NCBI GenBank assembly: GCA_963700985.1
Contig: OY969554.1
Span: 640,001-704,000, forward strand
DNA: 64,000 bases
Origin: an uncultured Chlamydiales bacterium
GTDB taxonomy: Bacteria; Chlamydiota; Chlamydiia; Chlamydiales; Rhabdochlamydiaceae
Reading direction: 5' to 3'
Part shown: piece after piece, positions 57,430 through 64,000 of the stretch
How the letters are laid out: each line of letters begins with the position of its first letter
How positions within the stretch are numbered: the stretch's first letter is position 1
Translations under genes and position numbers: made by a program
The notes under the pieces: generated by a model
Told to the model about the DNA's origin: nothing
Databases searched by the model: none
The model's input: the letters and a program-made list of their open reading frames with translations, nothing else

Positions 57430-58503
57430 ATGAAATGGATCATCCGCTGCGGTGTTATCACATTTTGGTTGGTACTGATCTTCGCGGCCCTGTATGCGCC
57501 CAAGTGGGAAGTCGTGCATTTTGAGCCAAAAAGCATCAACGTCTTTGCTTGGGGCGATATCCTCGACCCTTCAGTAATCGCTGAGTTTGAAAAAGAGACC
57601 GGCATCAAAATTTATCTGAACTACTACTCTTCAAATGAAGAGCTACTAGTGAAAATGAAAGCCACGCGCGGCGAAGGCTACGATCTCGTCATCCCTTCTG
57701 ATTATGTCGTTCCGCTACTGGCCAAAGAAGGCTTATTGAAAGAGATCAATAAAGAGAAAGTCTTCTTCTTTGGAGAGATCAACCCTCTTCTATTAGGTCA
57801 TGGCTACGATCCGGAAAATCGCTATTGCATCCCCTTTGAGTGGGAGATCTTCGGCCTTGGCATCAACAAAAATTCATTCTTGGATAAACCCTTCGATCCC
57901 AGCTGGAAAGCCATTTTTGACCAGCAACAGATCAATTATAAGATCACCATGCTCAACGATCCAATCGAGACGGTCCTACTTGCCGCCTTCTATCTCTATG
58001 GCGCCATCGACGAGTTAGATCCTGCGCAAGCTCAAAGCGTTAAAAACTTACTCCTCACTCAAAAAAGTTGGGTGGAAGCGTATGCCGATTTTCGCGGCGA
58101 TTATTTTCTGGTTACTAAGAACTGCCCCGTGGTGGTCGCTTCTAGCTCTTACATTTGGCGCGCCAAGCGCAAATTCCCCTACATCGACTTCGTGGTTCCC
58201 AAAGAAGGCAGCTTCCTCTCCATCGAAAACATCTCGATTCCCGAAGCTAGCCAGAAAGAAGATCTCGTCTATGAGTTCATCAACTACCTCTTCCGCCTCT
58301 CGTCAATCAAAAGACATTACGACACCTATGGATTTTTCCCTGCCATTCTCCATCCCACCTTTCTGCGCTCGCTCGATCCCGCAGATCGCGATCTCATCGA
58401 ATCTTCTTTAAGCAAATTTAGAAATTACCACTTCACGAAAGTGCTGCTGCCCTACAAAGAGCTGCAGCACATGTGGGTAGAACTCAAGACTCACCCAGAA
58501 TAA
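57430..58503 (+). CDS. potD: Spermidine/putrescine-binding protein
   Basis: FEKETGIK, SSNEE, YDLVIPSDY, PKEG, FINYL. Confidence 0.9.
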   Translation: MKWIIRCGVITFWLVLIFAALYAPKWEVVHFEPKSINVFAWGDILDPSVIAEFEKETGIKIYLNYYSSNEELLVKMKATRGEGYDLVIPSDYVVPLLAKEGLLKEINKEKVFFFGEINPLLLGHGYDPENRYCIPFEWEIFGLGINKNSFLDKPFDPSWKAIFDQQQINYKITMLNDPIETVLLAAFYLYGAIDELDPAQAQSVKNLLLTQKSWVEAYADFRGDYFLVTKNCPVVVASSSYIWRAKRKFPYIDFVVPKEGSFLSIENISIPEASQKEDLVYEFINYLFRLSSIKRHYDTYGFFPAILHPTFLRSLDPADRDLIESSLSKFRNYHFTKVLLPYKELQHMWVELKTHPE

Positions 58504-58527
58504 TTTTTCAGAAATACCACGGACTTT

Positions 58528-58872
58528 ATGACTACACCTTCTACTACTTTAGATTCATCTGTTGTAACTTCCTCAAATCCAGCATTACTATCCCAAGAAA
58601 TGCCAGCTGCACAATCTAGCGGTGTTCCTGCAGGCTTGAGTGATGTTGCATCCAGCCTTGAATCCATTGAAACTGCGATTGCCGATTCTAATAATCAAGA
58701 ATTAAAGGACCTGCAAGAGTTGTTTTTTTCTTTACCCAGACCTTTTTATACATTCTCTGTTCACACTTCACAGCCAGAGTCCAGACGTGCAGATATGCCA
58801 CAACCATTTGTGCGTTCAGATGAAATTCAAGAACTAAAACGATTTCAAGAATTGGGCAGTTTTACAGAATAA
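58528..58872 (+). CDS. Hypothetical Ser/Thr-rich protein
   Basis: 114-aa ORF with GGA RBS; internal QELKxxQEL repeat. Confidence 0.5.
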   Translation: MTTPSTTLDSSVVTSSNPALLSQEMPAAQSSGVPAGLSDVASSLESIETAIADSNNQELKDLQELFFSLPRPFYTFSVHTSQPESRRADMPQPFVRSDEIQELKRFQELGSFTE

Positions 58873-58886
58873 TTCCTGGGAAAAGC

Positions 58887-58920
58887 AAAAGAGCTCCCAA
58901 ACGAATAGGAGCTCTTTTTT
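58887..58920. terminator. Bidirectional intrinsic terminator
   Basis: AAAAGAGCTCC...GGAGCTCTTTTTT between convergent genes. Confidence 0.85.
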
Positions 58921-58940
58921 CCAGAATCTAGAACAGATTA

Positions 58941-59189
58941 TTAAGCTTTCTTCTTCTGAATGTAAGCAACGACGTCGCCTACAGTCTTTAGCTTTTCAGC
59001 CTCTTCTTCAGAGATCTCAAAGCCAAAGCGCTCTTCAAAAGTCATAATCAACTCTGTCAAATCTAGTGAATCTGCATTAAGGTCTTCTACGAAAGACTTT
59101 TGCAGTGTTACGTCAGCTGCATCTACACCTAACTGTTCGGTGACGATGTCGATGACTTCTTTTTCAATTGTCATGGTCTTTTCTTCCAT
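58941..59189 (-). CDS. acpP: Acyl carrier protein
   Basis: [22 protein letters not shown]. Confidence 0.97.
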   Translation of the reverse strand: MEEKTMTIEKEVIDIVTEQLGVDAADVTLQKSFVEDLNADSLDLTELIMTFEERFGFEISEEEAEKLKTVGDVVAYIQKKKA

Positions 59190-59234
59190 ATCTTCACGCT
59201 CCTTTCAAAAAAATAACTGTAAACAATAAATAAC

Positions 59235-59990
59235 TTACATCACCATTCCGCCGTCAACCGTCAAAACTTGTCCTGTGATGTAATTGGACAAGTGACACCC
59301 TAAAAAGACTGCGGCATCTGCAATCTCATCTGGAGAGCCCATGCGGCCCATGGGAATTTTTTTAAGGATGCCTTCCCTCTGTTGATCTGTAAGTGTGTCT
59401 GTCATGCGCGTCTTAATAAAGCCGGGCGCAATACAATTTACACAAATTCCACGTGTGGCAAGCTCTTGAGCGAGCGCCTTCGTAAATCCAATCATTCCTG
59501 ACTTGGATGCAGCATAATTCACCTGCCCTGCATTTCCTGTCAAGCCAACGACTGAAGAGATATTAATGATTTTTCCACTTCTGGCCTTGAGCATAGGTCT
59601 AATCAGTGTTTGGCATGTATTAAAAATGGATTTTAGATTCACATCCATCACCTCATCCCAATCGCTTTCGCTCATGCGCATGAGAAGGTTATCGCGCGTA
59701 ATACCCGCATTGTTCACTAAAATATCAAAGGTGCCAAAATGCGTGAGCAAATGTTGGATTGAAGCTTCAACAGCCTGTTTATCAGAAACGTTGACGATCT
59801 CAGTGAAAAATTTCTGTTCTGGCGATACTCGAGCCTGTTCGAGTTCTTTGAGCACTTCGGCTGATCTCTCTGCATTCGTTCCAAAAATAGCAACATGTGC
59901 ACCTTCACGCGCATAGCGCAGCGCAATCTCTTTACCGATGCCGGCAGTTCCACCTGTGATTAGAGCTTTTTTATCTTTGAGCAGGGTCAT
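59235..59990 (-). CDS. fabG: 3-oxoacyl-ACP reductase
   Basis: TGGTAGIG, NNAGITRD, YAASK. Confidence 0.97.
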   Translation of the reverse strand: MTLLKDKKALITGGTAGIGKEIALRYAREGAHVAIFGTNAERSAEVLKELEQARVSPEQKFFTEIVNVSDKQAVEASIQHLLTHFGTFDILVNNAGITRDNLLMRMSESDWDEVMDVNLKSIFNTCQTLIRPMLKARSGKIINISSVVGLTGNAGQVNYAASKSGMIGFTKALAQELATRGICVNCIAPGFIKTRMTDTLTDQQREGILKKIPMGRMGSPDEIADAAVFLGCHLSNYITGQVLTVDGGMVM

Positions 59991-59994
59991 CTGG

Positions 59995-60942
59995 TCATAC
60001 TCCTTGAGCTGAAGGTAGGGATTTTAAGACACTCTCTAGATCTGTGACTTTTTCGATGCTGATTGTGGGAGAAGTAACGCCGATCTTTTTATTCATGCCG
60101 GCTAGCGTCTTACCGCAACCCATTTCTATATAGAGATCGATTCCGTTATTATCCATGCTACGGATGCCTTTTTCCCAGAGCACAGGACTAGTTACCTGTT
60201 TGATCATCGCAGCTTTTAACTCATCTAAAGATCGCACCGTATCGCCATCGGCATTTACCACAACATTAACAAGACTATCGCGCAGTGTAGTGCTCTCAAT
60301 AAATGGTCTAAGTCTCTCTTGGGCTTCACGCATTAGCGGTGAATGAAATGCACCAGAAACATCTAAAGGCAGCACACGTTTAGCGCCGCGCTCTTTAAGC
60401 AACGTGGCTGCTATCTCAATATCTACCTCTTTACCTGCAATCACAACTTGGCCTGGGCAATTTAGGTTTGCGATCCATACGCCATTTAATGTTGCGAGTG
60501 CTTGTGCGACAGCTTCGACTTCTAAGCCTAAAACAACGCGCATGGTTCCCGGTGAAGAGATGCACGCTTCGTGCATGAACTGACCTCTGGCTTTCACCAG
60601 CATCAAGCAGTCGGCAAAAGAGATCTTATGTGCAGCAGTTAAAGCGGTATATTCACCTAAGCTCAATCCTGCACATACTGCAGGCTGAATAGAGGGAAAC
60701 TGCTCTTGAAATGTGCGCCAGATAGCCACGCTGACAATATAGATAGCGAGCTGGCTGTTCTTGGTTAAAGTAAGCTCTTCTGATGGACCATTAAAAATTA
60801 GTTCAGAAAATGCATAGGAGAGTAGATCGTCAGCCTCTTCAAACGTGTGGCGTGCTGTTGCGAATTGGTCAGAGAAATCTCTGCCCATATTGACATATTG
60901 CGCTCCTTGTCCCGGAAAGAGAAAAGCAAATCTATTACTCAT
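59995..60942 (-). CDS. fabD: Malonyl-CoA:ACP transacylase
   Basis: FPGQGAQ, GLSLGEY, SGAFHS. Confidence 0.97.
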   Translation of the reverse strand: MSNRFAFLFPGQGAQYVNMGRDFSDQFATARHTFEEADDLLSYAFSELIFNGPSEELTLTKNSQLAIYIVSVAIWRTFQEQFPSIQPAVCAGLSLGEYTALTAAHKISFADCLMLVKARGQFMHEACISSPGTMRVVLGLEVEAVAQALATLNGVWIANLNCPGQVVIAGKEVDIEIAATLLKERGAKRVLPLDVSGAFHSPLMREAQERLRPFIESTTLRDSLVNVVVNADGDTVRSLDELKAAMIKQVTSPVLWEKGIRSMDNNGIDLYIEMGCGKTLAGMNKKIGVTSPTISIEKVTDLESVLKSLPSAQGV

Positions 60943-61937
60943 TAAACCTCATCTTCGTAAGTTAAAATGGAAGCTCCCCAAGTAAGCCCGGCACCAAAAG
61001 CGGTCAGAAGCAGATTTTCTCCCTGCGCAATTTTACGCTCTCGCATGAGCTCATCTAAGGCGATCCCCAGCGAAGATGCTGAGGTGTTCCCATATTTGGA
61101 AATCGTCATATATACGCGTTCCATTGGCACTTGAAAACGTTTGGCCAATGCTTCAAAAATGCGTACGTTAGCTTGGTGTGGTACAATCCAACTAATATCT
61201 TGCTCGGCAAGTTTAGCTCGGTCTAAACATTCTTTTGAGGCAGATTCCATTCGACGCACTGCGTGTTTAAAGACCTCTTTACCTTCCATCTTGAGATAGT
61301 GAAGATCGCTAGCGACTGTTTCTTGCGTAGCTGGTTTGCGTGAACCACCAGCTGGTAAAATAAGTAGTTCGGCTTGTTCACCATCGGCTCCCAAACAAAC
61401 CTCTCGAATCACTAATCCTTTGCCTTTAGCGCTTACAACACAAGCTGCGGCCCCATCTCCGAAGAGAACACACGTATTGCGATCTTTATAGTTAATAATC
61501 GAAGAGAGCTTCTCTGAAGCGACAATTAAAACGTTTTTATAGAGACCAGATTCAACAAAAGCCTTAGCCATCGAAAGCGCATAAATATAGCCGGTGCAGG
61601 CTGCTTGCACATCAAAAGCTGCTGCATTAGGTATTTTAAGAAGCGATTGAATCAGACAACTTGTGCTTGGAAAAATATAATCTGGTGTCAGAGTAGCTAC
61701 TAAAATCAGATCGATCTCCTGAGGAGAAATACCTGCATCTTCAATAGCTTTTTTAGCAGCTTCGAATCCCATGTCAGAGGTGTACTCATCGCTTTCGGCA
61801 ATGCGTCTTTCTTTCATGCCTGTGCGCGAGAAGATCCACTCATCAGATGTCTCAACCATCTTCTCTAGGTCTTGATTGCTCAAGACACGCTTAGGCAAAT
61901 AGGAGCCTAATCCGATGATTCTGGCTTTAACTGACAT
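60942..61937 (-). CDS. fabH: Beta-ketoacyl-ACP synthase III
   Basis: AACTG, LFGDGA, PHQAN, GNTSA, FGAGLTWG. Confidence 0.97.
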   Translation of the reverse strand: MSVKARIIGLGSYLPKRVLSNQDLEKMVETSDEWIFSRTGMKERRIAESDEYTSDMGFEAAKKAIEDAGISPQEIDLILVATLTPDYIFPSTSCLIQSLLKIPNAAAFDVQAACTGYIYALSMAKAFVESGLYKNVLIVASEKLSSIINYKDRNTCVLFGDGAAACVVSAKGKGLVIREVCLGADGEQAELLILPAGGSRKPATQETVASDLHYLKMEGKEVFKHAVRRMESASKECLDRAKLAEQDISWIVPHQANVRIFEALAKRFQVPMERVYMTISKYGNTSASSLGIALDELMRERKIAQGENLLLTAFGAGLTWGASILTYEDEV

Positions 61938-62146
61938 GCGTTAAGTTCCTAAATATTAAAATTTATTTGTTAAGGTTGCGTCAATTTTACCCTATCTGAG
62001 AAAAAAAACAAAGCTTCAATACTAGTTTTTCAAAGGCAACCCATAGAAAACCTATAGAAAAATATCCAATCTGGAAACCGAGACAAGCAATCGGTTTTTT
62101 TAAAGGGAAATTGTTTTTTACTCGGGGGTTAGTTATTTTAGTCGCT

Positions 62147-62746
62147 ATGTCAAAATATCCTGCTCCGCTTCTAAAATTGATTGCTACTTTAAAAAAATTT
62201 CCTGGCGTAGGTAGCCGCACGGCTGAACGCTTTGCTTTCCACATGCTTGCTTGGCCAGATCATCAAATTGGCGAACTAGCCGAAGCTGTGGCCACCGCTA
62301 AAGAGCGCATTCGCACCTGCCCTGAATGCCACTGCCTAATGGATGAGAAAAGTTGCGATTTTTGCGATATAACCAAGCGCGAGACACATCATTTGTGCAT
62401 TATTGCCACCGCTAAAGATGTCTTTGCCATTGAAGAAACAGGCACCTTTCAAGGCCTCTATCATGTCCTAGGAGGGCTGCTTTCACCTTTAGAAGGAAGA
62501 CACCCACAACATCTCAATTTTGAAGGGCTAAAGCGCCGTATTGAAACACTAAAAGTTCAAGAAATCACAATCGCCCTCGACTCGACTCTTGAGGGAGATA
62601 CCACTGCTCTTTATCTGCGTGAGCAGCTTCAAAATTTTAATATCAAAGTTTCGCGACTAGCTTTTGGCCTACCTATGGGTAGCTCTTTAGATTTTGTAGA
62701 TGGTGGAACGCTCTCGCGCGCTTTTTCAGGAAGACAAGGATTTTAA
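62147..62746 (+). CDS. recR: Recombination mediator RecR
   Basis: PGVG.RTAER, C4 zinc finger, YHVLGG, EGDTTA; ATG 62147. Confidence 0.96.
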   Translation: MSKYPAPLLKLIATLKKFPGVGSRTAERFAFHMLAWPDHQIGELAEAVATAKERIRTCPECHCLMDEKSCDFCDITKRETHHLCIIATAKDVFAIEETGTFQGLYHVLGGLLSPLEGRHPQHLNFEGLKRRIETLKVQEITIALDSTLEGDTTALYLREQLQNFNIKVSRLAFGLPMGSSLDFVDGGTLSRAFSGRQGF

Positions 62747-62747
62747 C

Positions 62748-63971
62748 ATGCGTAAAATATTATTTATACTTGCCGTAGCTCTTTCGACTTCTCTTTGTGC
62801 CGATGGCGGCGTAGAGACCGGTATTGATCTTTTTTTTAAAGAGGGCTTTGCCAACACCCTAAAAAACAAGAAAATCGGACTGATTACCAACCACACTGGG
62901 GTCAATCGCGAGTTAAAATCGACAATAGATCTTTTTAAAGACGCACAAGAGTTTTCTCTTGTGGCACTTTTTGCGCCGGAACATGGCTTAAATGGAAGTG
63001 CTTATGCTTCTGAAAAGCTCCCTCACTCCGCTAAAACCATTCCAATCTATAGCTTGCACGGAGAAACGCGGCGCCCGACTGAACAGATGTTAAAAGGCAT
63101 CGATACGCTCGTCTTTGATATGCAAGAAGTCGGCTGCAGATCTTATACTTTTGCATCTACGCTTTTCTATGTGATGGAAGAAGCTGCCAAAAAGAACATA
63201 TCTGTGGTTGTGCTCGATCGTCCCAATCCCATCAATGGCATCATTGTGGATGGGCCGATGATGAAAGAAGAGCTGCGCTCCTTTATAGGTTACGTCAATG
63301 TCCCCTATTGCCACGGGATGACGATCGGCGAACTCGCGCGTTTTTTCAATGCTGAATATAAGATTGGATGCGACCTTAAAATCGTATCGATGCGTGGCTG
63401 GAAACGCACTATGAGCTTTAAAGATACTGGCTTGCCATGGGTTCCCACTAGCCCCTACATCCCAGAGCCAGACACCCCCTTCTTTTATGCTTCCACAGGA
63501 ATCCTAGGAATGCTCGAACTGGTCAATATCGGCATCGGCTATACACTTCCTTTCAAAATTGTTGGCGCCCCTTGGATCAATGCGGTTAACTTTGCCAAAC
63601 AGCTCAATAATCAGAAACTCCCAGGTGTAAAGTTTCTGCCCTTCTATTTCCGCCCATTCTATGGCGCCTATAAAGGTAAAGATTGCCAGGGCGTTAAAAT
63701 TATTATTACATCAACCCTTGAATACCATCCGGTGGCCGTGCAGTCCCTCCTCCTGGGAATGCTCAAAACGCTCTATCCTAAACAGGTCGATTCTCGACTC
63801 GCAGGCATCAATGCAGCAAAGAAAAAATCTTTTTGTCAGGTTTGCGGCAATCGCGAGATGTGGAATCTACTCTTAAGCGATCGCTATGTGGCTTGGAAAT
63901 TGATCCCCTTCCAGCAGACGGAAAGAGAGGCATTTTTAAAGATCCGCGAAAAATATCTACTTTATAAATGA
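62748..63971 (+). CDS. DUF1343 exo-beta-N-acetylmuramidase NamZ-like, exported
   Basis: Signal peptide; GLITNHTG, LFAPEHG, SLHG, FDMQEVGCRSYT, LDRPNP, HGMTIGE. Confidence 0.9.
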   Translation: MRKILFILAVALSTSLCADGGVETGIDLFFKEGFANTLKNKKIGLITNHTGVNRELKSTIDLFKDAQEFSLVALFAPEHGLNGSAYASEKLPHSAKTIPIYSLHGETRRPTEQMLKGIDTLVFDMQEVGCRSYTFASTLFYVMEEAAKKNISVVVLDRPNPINGIIVDGPMMKEELRSFIGYVNVPYCHGMTIGELARFFNAEYKIGCDLKIVSMRGWKRTMSFKDTGLPWVPTSPYIPEPDTPFFYASTGILGMLELVNIGIGYTLPFKIVGAPWINAVNFAKQLNNQKLPGVKFLPFYFRPFYGAYKGKDCQGVKIIITSTLEYHPVAVQSLLLGMLKTLYPKQVDSRLAGINAAKKKSFCQVCGNREMWNLLLSDRYVAWKLIPFQQTEREAFLKIREKYLLYK

Positions 63972-64000
63972 AACCCTAGACCCTTATGAGAACCCTCCGA

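Overview
64 kb of chromosomal DNA from an environmental member of the phylum Chlamydiota. The assignment rests on a chlamydial-type long YidC next to dnaA, a Slc1-like type III secretion chaperone beside glgX, a CT253/CT254-like gene pair and fabH-fabD-fabG-acpP next to recR. It is inferred from recalled gene families, not from a database search. The backbone is housekeeping: a classical menaquinone cluster (menF-D-H-B-A-C-E plus a thioesterase), yidC, dnaA, glgX, a PP2C phosphatase, a cysteine desulfurase, two CNNM/CBS proteins, dcd, ruvB, a SpoIID-like gene, SRP RNA, mazG, pepA, ssb, lgt, rlmH, acpS, trxB, potABCD, the fab genes, recR and a NamZ-like gene. Accessory elements are interspersed: a hicAB toxin-antitoxin pair inside the men operon, a secreted serpin, a pair of orphan candidate effectors (one tail-anchored and SNARE-like), an Inc-like protein, three glycosyltransferases (GT47-like, GT9, GT90), an F-box protein, an M3-peptidase-N/EEP fusion lipoprotein, two deleted gene remnants and several small palindromic elements, one family present twice. 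No CRISPR array, rRNA, tRNA, intact transposase or prophage was seen. No single clearly new multi-gene system can be proven from sequence alone. The best leads are the host-interaction candidates at 21-25.6 kb and 41-46.8 kb and the CAGGAT/ATCCTG repeat.
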